Part shown: positions 35,367 to 44,614 of the stretch, in pieces
Layout of the letters: each line of letters begins with the position of its first letter
Position numbering within the stretch: the first letter of the stretch is position 1
NCBI GenBank assembly: GCA_021108075.1
Contig: JAIORP010000012.1
Span: forward strand, 6,539-70,538
Direction of reading: 5' to 3'
Length of the DNA stretch: 64,000 bases
Source of the DNA: Candidatus Omnitrophota bacterium
Lineage (GTDB): Bacteria > Omnitrophota > Gorgyraeia > Zapsychrales > Zapsychraceae
Notes under the pieces: generated by a model
Database searches by the model: none
The model's input: the letters and a program-made list of their open reading frames with translations, nothing else
What the model was told of the DNA's origin: nothing
Program-made: the position numbers and the translations under genes

Positions 35367-35842
35367 TACCTGCTGAACCAAGGATTCTTTTGATCGGGTA
35401 TGGTAATCCCGGACGTTTGGATGATGGTTTGGGCCCGGCCGTGGCAGCCGCCGTCGAGAAGTTGGCCTTGCCGAACGTGACCATTGAGTCTGATTATCAA
35501 CTGACGGTAGAAGATGCTTCCCAGATCGCCGAGCACGATATTGTTATTTTTTGTGATGCCGCTGTTTCCGGGGCGGAACCATTTGATTTTTTTGAAATAG
35601 CACCTAAAAAGGATGATATTTCGTTCAGTACTCACAGCATTGATCCGAGCGCTGTTTTAGGTTTAGCCTGTACGTTATTTCAGGCAAAAACAAAGGCGTA
35701 CGTCCTGGCCATTCGCGGTTATGATTTTAACGAGTTTGGTGAGAAGCTGTCGGATAAAGCGCAAAATAATTTATTAGATGCTTTTAAATTTTTAGAGAAG
35801 CGCCTTAAAACCAGGGATTTTTCTCAGGTAAATAAAAGATGA
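35363..35842 (+). CDS. hoxW: Hydrogenase maturation endopeptidase (HoxW/HycI family)
   Basis: LLIGYGNPGRLDDGLGPAVAAAV motif; ~159 aa; start overlaps the hoxH stop (ATGA). Confidence 0.8.
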   Translation: MIPAEPRILLIGYGNPGRLDDGLGPAVAAAVEKLALPNVTIESDYQLTVEDASQIAEHDIVIFCDAAVSGAEPFDFFEIAPKKDDISFSTHSIDPSAVLGLACTLFQAKTKAYVLAIRGYDFNEFGEKLSDKAQNNLLDAFKFLEKRLKTRDFSQVNKR

Positions 35843-35918
35843 TGCGACGTTGACGCTGCTTTGTCCGCGTTATCAAAAAGAACGTAACCAACGAACCCGG
35901 AACGGTAAGGAGAGTAAA

Positions 35919-36299
35919 ATGCAAGATGGTAAATATGTGATTCTGGTTATTGATGATAACGCTGATTTCCGTGAAGCAGTCCGGCTTATCCTGGAGGCGA
36001 ATGATTATTTAATGGTCGAAGCAAGCAGTGCGGAGCAGGGTTTGAAGAAATATAAGGCTGAAACCCCTGATCTTATCATCGTTGATTTGATGATGGAAGA
36101 GGTCGACGCTGGCGCAAACTTCGCGAAAGAACTTAAACTTCTAAATAACACGGCACCCATTTATCTTCTTAGCGGAGCCGGGGATAGTATGGCGTCCAGC
36201 ACGGATTATAATGATCTGGGCTTTAATGGTGTTTTTCAAAAGCCGATTAATGCTCAAAGATTGCTGGGTGTGTTAAAGGCTAAGTTACCGGAAGCGTAG
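35919..36299 (+). CDS. Stand-alone response-regulator receiver protein (paralog of the HndA receiver)
   Basis: VIDDNADF...DLIIVDLMME...SGAGD...FQKPI; no output domain; AAGGAGAG RBS before ATG 35919. Confidence 0.75.
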   Translation: MQDGKYVILVIDDNADFREAVRLILEANDYLMVEASSAEQGLKKYKAETPDLIIVDLMMEEVDAGANFAKELKLLNNTAPIYLLSGAGDSMASSTDYNDLGFNGVFQKPINAQRLLGVLKAKLPEA

Positions 36300-36388
36300 G
36301 AACGATAGAAAATAGTAAACGTAGTGACAGAGACCATATTCAGACAGAAAATGGATTCTGTCACTATTTTTTTTAATGAAAGGAAATC

Positions 36389-38725
36389 GTGCAAGACACC
36401 AAACGTTTATATGTTGAAATATTCGGACTTGTCCAGGGGGTCGGTTTTCGTCCGTTTGTTCATCGGTTGGCGCGAGGATTGAACCTGTTGGGTTGGGTTA
36501 AGAATTCATCCCAGGGCGTGTTGATTGAGGCCGAAGGGCCAACCGACCGATTAGAGACATTTATTTTACGTTTGCCCCGGGAAAAACCCCTGGTTTCCGC
36601 TATTTACAGTTTTAAATATTCCTATCTCGACCCTGTCGGATACAAGGAGTTTCAAATTCTTACCAGTGATGTCTCAGCTAAAAAGACAACACTGATCATG
36701 CCGGATATTGCCACTTGTCCGGAATGCTTAAAAGAAATTTTTGATCCAAACGACCGCCGGTATTTCTATCCATTTGCAAATTGCACACATTGCGGGCCGC
36801 GTTATACGATCATTGAAGGGTTGCCGTATGACCGCCCGAATACCTCTATGCGGAGGTTTAAAATGTGTGATGAATGCCAGGCAGAGTATGATAATCCGAG
36901 CAGCCGAAGGTTTCACGCGCAACCAAACGCGTGTCCTCAATGCGGTCCAGTCGTTGAGTTATGGGATAAGAACGGAAGGCGCCTTTCCTTTAAACAACAG
37001 GCGATTGACGATGTTGTCGTTCATTTAAAGGAAGGCCGGATTGTCGCGGTCAAAGGTCTGGGTGGTTTTCACCTGGTCTGTGACGCGATGAATGAAGAGT
37101 CGATCAGGCAGTTGAGGAGGAGGAAACACCGCGAGGCTAAACCGTTCGCGCTTATGTTTCCCCGGCTTGAAGACGTCCGCGATATTGTTGAAGTGTCTTT
37201 GCTGGAGGAACAGTTATTAACCTCCATTGAGTCTCCGATTGTCCTGTTAAGAAAAAATAAACGTGATATGGGCATGTGTCTGTCTGATAACATCGCGCCG
37301 GACAACCCTCACATCGGGGTCATGTTGCCGTATACTCCGTTGCATCACATTTTATTAAAATTGTTTGATCGTCCGGTCATCGCGACGAGCGCGAATATTT
37401 CCGATGAGCCGATTTGTATTCATGAGCGGGACGCTGTTGAACGCTTGAACGGCATCGCGGATTTCTTTTTGGTCCACAATCGTCCTATCGTTCATCATTG
37501 CGATGATTCCATTGTGCGTCTCATGCATCAACGGCCCATGGTGCTGAGACGGGCGAGAGGGTATGCGCCATTGCCGGTACCTATTCGACAGGGAAGGGGG
37601 AATATCCTTGCTGTTGGGGCACATTTGAAGAATTCGATTGCCATGAGCGTTAATAACCATGTCTTTTTAAGTCAACATATCGGCGATTTGGAGACAAAAA
37701 TGTCTTATGACACATTTGAAAGGACGATTAATGCTTTTAAGAGTTTGTATGATATCCACGATATCCGGATTGTTCGCGATCAACATGATCATTATTTTTC
37801 GAGTCAATACGCGCAAAAGATGCGTTCGGATTGCGTAAAAGTGCAGCATCACCATGCTCATATCGTTTCGTGTATGGTGGAGAACCAATTGGAGGGCACT
37901 GTCCTGGGGGTGGCCTGGGATGGAACGGGGCTGGGATTAGATCATACCTTGTGGGGTGGCGAGTTCCTTAAAGCCTCGTTGGAGTCGTTTAAGCGGATCG
38001 GTACGATTTATCCTTTTTCTTTGCCTGGAGGTGAAGTCGCGATCAAAGAACCCCGCCGGACAGCTGTTTCTTTATTGTGGGTCACGTTGGGAGATGACAT
38101 TTGGGATTATCAGGATTTGCCCGCGTTGAAATCATTTACCGCTGAAGAGTTGAAAATTTTGATCCGGATGCTGACACAAGATGTGAACGCGCCCGCTTCA
38201 ACAAGTATCGGCCGTTTATTTGATGGTATCGCTTCTATTTGTGGTTTGAATCACATTAATCAATTTGAAGGACAGGCGCCGATGGCCCTGGAACATTGTG
38301 TCCGGCATCATGATGACAACGCCGCCTATTCGTTCTTAATTAATAACATGGGAGATGAACAAACTGATATTATTAACGATGATAATCTTATGTGGATTGT
38401 TGATTGGCGTCCCATCTTGCGGGAAATCATTTTTGATTTGCGAATTGAAAAAACAGTAGACATTATCGCTGAAAAATTTCATAATACGCTCGTTAATATT
38501 CTGATCGCTATCGCCAGGAAAGCCGGATTGTCAAAGGTTGTTTTGTCCGGTGGCTGTTTTCAGAATCAGTATTTGTTAGAACATGCCGTAGATCAGTTGT
38601 TAAAGGCCGGTTTTAGCCCGTACTGGCATCAACTGATCCCTCCAAACGATGGAGGCATCGCTTTAGGACAAGCGGCTGTTTGTCACTACCGCTTGATAAA
38701 AGAAAGAGGAGATCGGGAATCGTGA
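36389..38725 (+). CDS. hypF: Carbamoyltransferase HypF
   Basis: Acylphosphatase-like N-terminus, two Zn-finger repeats (CPEC...CTHCGPRYTI; CDEC...CPQCGP), YrdC-like and Kae1-like C-terminal domains; 778 aa. Confidence 0.92.
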   Translation: MQDTKRLYVEIFGLVQGVGFRPFVHRLARGLNLLGWVKNSSQGVLIEAEGPTDRLETFILRLPREKPLVSAIYSFKYSYLDPVGYKEFQILTSDVSAKKTTLIMPDIATCPECLKEIFDPNDRRYFYPFANCTHCGPRYTIIEGLPYDRPNTSMRRFKMCDECQAEYDNPSSRRFHAQPNACPQCGPVVELWDKNGRRLSFKQQAIDDVVVHLKEGRIVAVKGLGGFHLVCDAMNEESIRQLRRRKHREAKPFALMFPRLEDVRDIVEVSLLEEQLLTSIESPIVLLRKNKRDMGMCLSDNIAPDNPHIGVMLPYTPLHHILLKLFDRPVIATSANISDEPICIHERDAVERLNGIADFFLVHNRPIVHHCDDSIVRLMHQRPMVLRRARGYAPLPVPIRQGRGNILAVGAHLKNSIAMSVNNHVFLSQHIGDLETKMSYDTFERTINAFKSLYDIHDIRIVRDQHDHYFSSQYAQKMRSDCVKVQHHHAHIVSCMVENQLEGTVLGVAWDGTGLGLDHTLWGGEFLKASLESFKRIGTIYPFSLPGGEVAIKEPRRTAVSLLWVTLGDDIWDYQDLPALKSFTAEELKILIRMLTQDVNAPASTSIGRLFDGIASICGLNHINQFEGQAPMALEHCVRHHDDNAAYSFLINNMGDEQTDIINDDNLMWIVDWRPILREIIFDLRIEKTVDIIAEKFHNTLVNILIAIARKAGLSKVVLSGGCFQNQYLLEHAVDQLLKAGFSPYWHQLIPPNDGGIALGQAAVCHYRLIKERGDRES

Positions 38726-38786
38726 CGGGCAGGCAGGGATCGTTCCTTACGATTGTTTTTACGCAGGAACAGGAGGATGTGTTTAT

Positions 38787-39020
38787 ATGTGTTTAGCCGT
38801 ACCTGGAAAAATAATGAATATCGATGGAGAGGACCCGCTTACCCGTCAGGGCAAGATTGACTTTGGGGGCATATTTAAAGAATCTTCCCTGGCCTATGTG
38901 CCGGAAGCAAAGATCGGCGATTATGTGATTGTCCACGCGGGTTTTGCTATCAGCATTGTTGATGAAGAAGAAGCCGTAGAGACGTTAAAGATGTTGGCTG
39001 AGATGGGGGACTTGAGCTAG
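38787..39020 (+). CDS. hypC: Hydrogenase assembly chaperone HypC
   Basis: Starts MCLAVPGKI (HypC signature MC(L/I)(A/G)(I/V)P); 77 aa. Confidence 0.85.
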   Translation: MCLAVPGKIMNIDGEDPLTRQGKIDFGGIFKESSLAYVPEAKIGDYVIVHAGFAISIVDEEEAVETLKMLAEMGDLS

Positions 39021-39114
39021 GAGAAATAAAACTTAGCTCCAAACGTGATCGACCGGAAGACAACCAGGAGAGGTCATTCTTTTGCTCCGGCCGCCATGCT
39101 CAAAATTTATTACC

Positions 39115-40203
39115 ATGAAATATATCGACGAATTCAGAAATCCACAATTAGCTCAGGCATTAATCGCTCAAATCCAAAAGGTTGTCACTCGGCCCCATGT
39201 TATCATGGAGGTCTGTGGGGGGCAAACCCACGCGATTGTTAAATACGGCATTGATAAATTACTGCCCCGAGGAGTGGAACTGGTGCACGGTCCAGGATGT
39301 CCTGTGTGCGTGACTCCCGTGGAACTGATTGATAAAGCGGTTGAAATCGCCGCCTTACCGCATGTCATTTTTTGTTCTTTTGGGGATATGCTGCGGGTGC
39401 CGGGAACACAGAAAGATTTATTCTCGGTAAAGGCGGAAGGGGGAGATATTCGCGTTGTCTATTCCCCTCTGGATGCCCTGAAGATCGCTAAAGAAAATCA
39501 GGATAAAGAGGTCGTGTTCTTCGCGATAGGTTTTGAAACAACAGCTCCGGGCAATGCCATGGTTGTTTATCAAGCGCGGGAACAACATGTTTCAAATTTT
39601 TCTGTGCTTGTCTCACATGTACTTGTTCCTCCGGCCGTGGAAGCGGTGTTGTCCTCACCGGAAAATAAAGTGCAGGGGTTTTTAGCGGCAGGTCATGTTT
39701 GCACGGTTATGGGGCTGGAGGAATACGAGCGGCTGGCTGAAAAGTATCATGTGCCGTTTGTCATAACGGGCTTTGAGCCGCTGGACCTTCTGTGGGGAAT
39801 TTATCAATGCTTAAAACAATTAGAAGAACGGCGTTATGACGTCGAGAATGCCTACGCCCGGTCTGTTCGTCATGACGGAAATGTTCATGCCAAACAGATT
39901 ATGCGGAAAGTTTTTCGGATTGCGACGCGTAAATGGCGTGGTATCGGTCCGATCGAGAACAGTGGTTATGAATTAACAGAGGATTACGCGGCTTATGATG
40001 CCCAAAAAAAATTTGGTTTAACCTTGTATCAGGTTGAAGAGAACACAGAGTGTATCAGCGGACTGATTTTGCGGGGTTTGAAAAAACCGGATGAATGCCC
40101 TTTGTTCGCCCGTTCCTGTAGCCCGGAACATCCTTACGGGGCGACAATGGTTTCCAGTGAAGGGGCCTGCGCGGCATACTATTTGTACCGTGCGAGATCA
40201 TAG
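39115..40203 (+). CDS. hypD: Hydrogenase maturation factor HypD
   Basis: Begins [10 protein letters not shown] (HypD N-terminal signature); [13 protein letters not shown] and C-terminal CxxH motifs; the track ORF starts earlier at 39082. Confidence 0.88.
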   Translation: MKYIDEFRNPQLAQALIAQIQKVVTRPHVIMEVCGGQTHAIVKYGIDKLLPRGVELVHGPGCPVCVTPVELIDKAVEIAALPHVIFCSFGDMLRVPGTQKDLFSVKAEGGDIRVVYSPLDALKIAKENQDKEVVFFAIGFETTAPGNAMVVYQAREQHVSNFSVLVSHVLVPPAVEAVLSSPENKVQGFLAAGHVCTVMGLEEYERLAEKYHVPFVITGFEPLDLLWGIYQCLKQLEERRYDVENAYARSVRHDGNVHAKQIMRKVFRIATRKWRGIGPIENSGYELTEDYAAYDAQKKFGLTLYQVEENTECISGLILRGLKKPDECPLFARSCSPEHPYGATMVSSEGACAAYYLYRARS

Positions 40204-40329
40204 GGTCCGGAAGGTCATCCTGTCTTTCCGTGCCTGATTTGAGTCGTATAAATAATCATGAACGTCCTTTGGATGGTATAAGAATATCTTTAAGAGCGCC
40301 TGTTTCAGGGGATATCAGATACAGGGTTT

Positions 40330-40438
40330 GTTATCCCTGTCTTATTAAATAATTTTTCTGTTTTCTCGTCGCTATTTTCGTAAAAGCGTTCGCAAAAAAC
40401 GATGAGAATTTTTGGCGATTCATTAATGGATTTGGTAT
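40330..40438 (+). repeat. MITE-like element, copy d (degenerate left part, intact right TIR CATTAATGGATTTGGTAT)
   Basis: ATTAAATAATTTTTCTGTTTTCTCGTCGCTATTTTCG...GCGATTCATTAATGGATTTGGTATGA, immediately upstream of the hypE start. Confidence 0.5.
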
Positions 40439-40456
40439 GACTGCCCGTGAGGTTTT

Positions 40457-41506
40457 ATGATGAATGATTTCAATGTTTCTTGTCCTATCCCGGTTAAGGA
40501 TTATCCCTATGTTTTGTTGTCGCACGGGAGCGGCGGGAAATTAATGTACCAGTTGATTAACAAAATGTTTTTAAAGGCCTTTGAGAATGATATTTTATTA
40601 CAAGGCCATGATGCCGCTGTTCTGCCGGCTGAGGCCGGGGAGCTGGCCTTCACAACAGACTCCTATGTCGTGCATCCGCTCTTTTTTCCCGGCGGTGATA
40701 TTGGCTCAATGGCCGTTTATGGAACGGTGAATGATTTATCCATGGCCGGGGCGCGGCCAAAGTATATCAGCGTCGGTTTTATCATTGAAGAAGGCTTAGC
40801 GATGGACACATTATGGCGGATCGTCCAATCCATGGGCCAGGCCGCTCAAAGAGTGGGCGTTCAAATCGCCACAGGTGACACGAAAGTTGTGGATAAAGGA
40901 CATGGCGATGGAATTTTTATTAACACCGCGGGTATCGGGGTGCTACCGGCTAATCAGGCCATTGGGCCAGGGCATATTCAATCCGGTGACGCCATCATTG
41001 TTAGCGGTGATATCGGTCGGCATGGGATCGCGATTATGAGCGTCCGTCAGGGCATCGCTTTTGAAACAGAGATTACGAGCGACTTAGCCCCGTTGCATCG
41101 CCTGGTCCAGTCCTTGCTTGACGCTGGTTTGAATATTCATTGTCTGCGTGATTTAACACGGGGAGGATTGGCCACAACCTTAAATGAATTCGCCCGGTCT
41201 TCTCATCGGGGGATGAAGATCGATGAAAACGCGGTGCCTGTTCGTCAGGATGTCGTGAATGCTTGCGAAATTTTAGGATTCGATCCTCTGCAGATGGCCT
41301 GCGAAGGCCGGTGTGTGATATGTGTTCCCCAGGATCAGGTTGAGCAAACATTGGCGATTTGCAGAGATTTTCCTGAAGGGCAATCCGCCAGTGTCGTGGG
41401 GCGGGTCATTGACTCGGCCCCCGGTCAAGTTGTTCTTCAAACGCCTTTAGGTGTTGACCGTTTGATTGACATGCCAACCGGGGAACAGCTTCCCCGTATT
41501 TGTTAG
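40457..41506 (+). CDS. hypE: Hydrogenase maturation factor HypE (carbamoyl dehydratase)
   Basis: PurM-like fold; HypE N-terminus LLSHGSGGK; C-terminal PRIC (the Cys carrying the thiocyanate). Confidence 0.9.
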   Translation: MMNDFNVSCPIPVKDYPYVLLSHGSGGKLMYQLINKMFLKAFENDILLQGHDAAVLPAEAGELAFTTDSYVVHPLFFPGGDIGSMAVYGTVNDLSMAGARPKYISVGFIIEEGLAMDTLWRIVQSMGQAAQRVGVQIATGDTKVVDKGHGDGIFINTAGIGVLPANQAIGPGHIQSGDAIIVSGDIGRHGIAIMSVRQGIAFETEITSDLAPLHRLVQSLLDAGLNIHCLRDLTRGGLATTLNEFARSSHRGMKIDENAVPVRQDVVNACEILGFDPLQMACEGRCVICVPQDQVEQTLAICRDFPEGQSASVVGRVIDSAPGQVVLQTPLGVDRLIDMPTGEQLPRIC

Positions 41507-41710
41507 CCGGGCATGTTTCCCCCGTGTGTTCTTTCTGATGACCCGGGCCATGTTTGATTCGGTTTCTTGTGATTGACAAGAGCTTTTAAGATAGTACAAT
41601 TGTTGGTATTCAAGGAGGGGGATCAGGAGACGGTTTATTCAACGTGAAAGGCCGCGTCTAAAAACAGTTTCCATATCAGCATTTTTTACTAATGCCAGTT
41701 TCTGTTTAAT

Positions 41711-42430
41711 ATGAGGTTTCCATTAATATTTTTTGTTTTTTGTGTCGCCGTTATTCTGGGCTTTTTGCTTTTAGGCCGAAGTCTTTGGTATCCGTGGTAT
41801 CTTTCGGCAAAAGGAGATAAGACGGTCGTCTCTGTCATCGAGGAATTATCTCCCGATGTTCGGCAAAGATTAATAATTCTTTTTCAAACGGCGGATATGA
41901 CTTATCCTCCGAAAGAGGTCGCCTTTTTAGCCATCAAAGATCTGAAGGTGTTAGAGTTGTGGGCAAAGGATAACAGCGTCTGGAAGCATATAACAACGTA
42001 TGACATCCAGGCGGCCAGTGGGCGATTAGGGCCTAAACTTAAAGAGGGGGATGGGCAAGTGCCTGAGGGGATTTATCAGATTGAAGGTTTGAACCCCAAT
42101 AGCGCGTATCATTTATCCATGAAAATAAATTACCCGAATGATTTTGACCTGAAATGGGCGAAAGTTGAAGGCCGGTCCCGGCCGGGTTCGGATATCTTTA
42201 TTCATGGTGAGGCTGTTTCCGTGGGGTGCCTGGCCATGGGCAATGAAGCGATCGAAGAATTATTTTTTCTCGCGGACGCGGTCGGTATCCCCAATGCCAC
42301 GGTCATCATTGCCCCGACAGATCCAAGAATATCAAGTTTGATCAAGTCGGAGTACCAAAGGAATTGGCATAAAGAACTTGATCAAATAATTGAATCGGCT
42401 TTTTCTGAAATAGTTTCAGGCGCGCGTTAA
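41711..42430 (+). CDS. L,D-transpeptidase-like (YkuD fold) protein with N-terminal signal anchor
   Basis: Catalytic motif FIHGEAVSVGCLAMGN (H...S.GC); N-terminal hydrophobic segment. Confidence 0.6.
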   Translation: MRFPLIFFVFCVAVILGFLLLGRSLWYPWYLSAKGDKTVVSVIEELSPDVRQRLIILFQTADMTYPPKEVAFLAIKDLKVLELWAKDNSVWKHITTYDIQAASGRLGPKLKEGDGQVPEGIYQIEGLNPNSAYHLSMKINYPNDFDLKWAKVEGRSRPGSDIFIHGEAVSVGCLAMGNEAIEELFFLADAVGIPNATVIIAPTDPRISSLIKSEYQRNWHKELDQIIESAFSEIVSGAR

Positions 42431-42565
42431 TACCCATCATTCCCCCGGAGTATTTTTCTCACGTAAGTTTCCTTGACATAATAATGTTCTCTACCTGCCC
42501 GGATAGAAATGATAAGTGCCATATTCATGAAGAAAAGGTATATTCAGTATGAAGGCTAAGGAAAT

Positions 42566-42631
42566 TTTTTTTCGACGCTAAGGCAAAAATATCAGAATTG
42601 AAATAGAACAATTCATTAATGGACTTGGTAT
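42566..42631 (+). repeat. MITE-like element, copy e (solo right half)
   Basis: TTTTCGACGCTAAGGCAAAAATATCAGAATTGAAATAGAACAATTCATTAATGGACTTGGTAT; left TIR absent. Confidence 0.6.
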
Positions 42632-42685
42632 AACACGCGAGCTTAAAAAAAGAGTCAGCAACCGAAGGTCGCCGGCTCTTTTTTA

Positions 42686-44143
42686 TCAGGACAATGAAGC
42701 CGGGTGTGTGCCGATAGGCCGGGCTTCTTGCCTTTGGGGTAAGTCATTTGGCAACATGTTTCTTAAACGTTTAAATAAAAAGTTCGGGTTAAAATCATTA
42801 AGGATGAGTTCCAGCAAAGGCAGCATGTATTTCAGCATTTTTTTTTGAATGACGATATCCCAGACCGGGTCGATTTTTTTCCAGCCGCCGGTATAAGCGA
42901 TTTGCCGGATGGCCTTTGGCAGTGAATCCTGCTTGAGCGCGCCTTTAAAAATGGAACGCCATTTGTAGAAATTGTCATGGGCGTCAATCAGCCCCTGGTC
43001 CAGCCTTTCAGGGCTCATTTTAGAGGGTTGAAAGACGGCATGTTTGGCGTCATAGAGTTTCCAGTTCTTATGAAGCAGCCTGTTTTGTTTTTCCAGTTGT
43101 GTGTATAGCGTCGTGCCCGGGTAGGGGGTCAGGATATGAAAGGAAGAGGTCTCGACGCTGTTTTTGATCGCCCAATCCACGGTCCTTTTGAAAACAGATT
43201 CATCATCATTGTCCATGCCAAAAACAAAACTGGCGTTGACCATAACACCCAATGAATGAAGTTTATGGATCGCGGCGACGTAATCGCGGTTTAAGTTTTG
43301 GTGTTTGTTATACGCCTTCAAATTTGACGCGCTCAATGTTTCAAACCCGACGAACAAACTTCGCAGGCCACAGGCGGCCGCTTTTTCAACGAGGTCCGTG
43401 TTTAAGATCGCGTGAACGGTACCGGCGGCTTGCCAGGCTTTTTTCATCGGACGCATTCCCTTAAATAAATCGGAAGCAAAGCGGGGATCTCCAAATAAAT
43501 TATCATCCAAAAAAAATAAATGTTTGCCTTCCAGGCTTTCGATTTCTTCTAAGGCCGCGTCGACACGCATCGTATAAAAAGAACGGCCGCCTTGATAAAA
43601 ATTGTTTTTGTAGCAAAAGTCACAACGGTGGGGGCATCCGCGTGAGACAACAATTGAGTTGGGTGTGAGGTAAAGGTCTTTTTTGAAAAGGTCCCGCCTG
43701 ATCCTCGGAGCGCCGACGAGCGTTCGGTGACACGATTGATATTTCTTTTGGGGATGACCGGCGCGGAAATCTTTGAGAAATACCGGCCAGATATCCTCCC
43801 CGGGTCCCAGGCAAATGGTGTCGGCGTGTCGCGCCGCTTCATCCGGCAGCGCGGTAACATGCAACCCGCCCATAACCACGTGAACAGATTTTTTTCGATA
43901 CGCGTCAGCGATCGCGTACGCCCGAAAAGCATTTGTTATATAGGTCTGAATGACGACCAAATCCGGGCGATCATCCAGATTCAGTTCCTGAACATGTTCG
44001 TCTTCAATGGTCACGTCGTCGTCCGGGTCAAGGTACCCGGCGAGGGTGGCTAAGCCTAGGGGCGGGAATCGGTAATAACCTATTTTTCGCCAATTTTCAT
44101 TTGTTTCATCGATAAGGGCGGGTAAAATCATTTTGATTTTCAT
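42686..44143 (-). CDS. B12-binding radical SAM protein
   Basis: CPHRCDFC (CxxxCxxC) radical SAM motif after an N-terminal cobalamin-binding Rossmann-like domain; start taken at MKIKMILP with AGGAG 8 nt upstream (the track ORF extends to 44179). Confidence 0.85.
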   Translation of the reverse strand: MKIKMILPALIDETNENWRKIGYYRFPPLGLATLAGYLDPDDDVTIEDEHVQELNLDDRPDLVVIQTYITNAFRAYAIADAYRKKSVHVVMGGLHVTALPDEAARHADTICLGPGEDIWPVFLKDFRAGHPQKKYQSCHRTLVGAPRIRRDLFKKDLYLTPNSIVVSRGCPHRCDFCYKNNFYQGGRSFYTMRVDAALEEIESLEGKHLFFLDDNLFGDPRFASDLFKGMRPMKKAWQAAGTVHAILNTDLVEKAAACGLRSLFVGFETLSASNLKAYNKHQNLNRDYVAAIHKLHSLGVMVNASFVFGMDNDDESVFKRTVDWAIKNSVETSSFHILTPYPGTTLYTQLEKQNRLLHKNWKLYDAKHAVFQPSKMSPERLDQGLIDAHDNFYKWRSIFKGALKQDSLPKAIRQIAYTGGWKKIDPVWDIVIQKKMLKYMLPLLELILNDFNPNFLFKRLRNMLPNDLPQRQEARPIGTHPASLS

Positions 44144-44277
44144 TGTCAATCTCCTGTGCGGGTAAAGTGAAGCCATCAATGATGAACTTCATTGTTTATG
44201 TTTTTTACCGGGCCCCGGGGGTATTTTTAACACTAGTGTATTAGTAGTATAATACACTAATACACGCATGTCAATAG

Positions 44278-44440
44278 TGATACCAAATCCATATGGCAGG
44301 ATTTGACAATTTGTTCTAACGCTATAAAATGATTAAACATTTGCTTTTTTATACCAAATCCATTAATGAATTGTTCTATTTCAATTTTGATATTTTTGCC
44401 GTAGCGTCGAGGAAAGCGGAACCGGTTCAGGTGTTAATCC
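44278..44440 (-). repeat. MITE-like element, copy f (reverse orientation, duplicated left TIR)
   Basis: ATACCAAATCCAT at 44280..44292 and again at 44351..44363, followed by ATTAATGAATTGTTCTATTTCAATTTTGATATTTTTGCCGTAGCGTCGAGGAAAGCGGAACCGG; sits in the divergent spacer between the rSAM and CPBP genes. Confidence 0.65.
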
Positions 44441-44614
44441 ATCCTCGCGTCGATCAGCCGGGATGTTGGCCTGTTTTATGACAATCCGGGTTTTCCGTTT
44501 GTGAACAAGATTGACAGCTTTGTCTGAAAAAAAATTGAGGTTCGGGTGCTGAAGCATTGTATGCGTCCGGGAGAAATGAGTCGACATTCCGTCAACAAAA
44601 TATAAGGAGAGCGC

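Noticed and set aside
39045-39242. 65-aa ORF and the 39082 upstream start of hypD
   Set aside because: HypD family proteins begin MKYIDEFR; the in-frame ATG at 39115 fits and the upstream extension ([11 protein letters not shown]) has no support.
44143-44179. Longer start (MMASLYPHRRLT) for the radical SAM gene
   Set aside because: No RBS upstream of those ATGs, whereas MKIKMIL at 44143 is preceded by AGGAG at ideal spacing.
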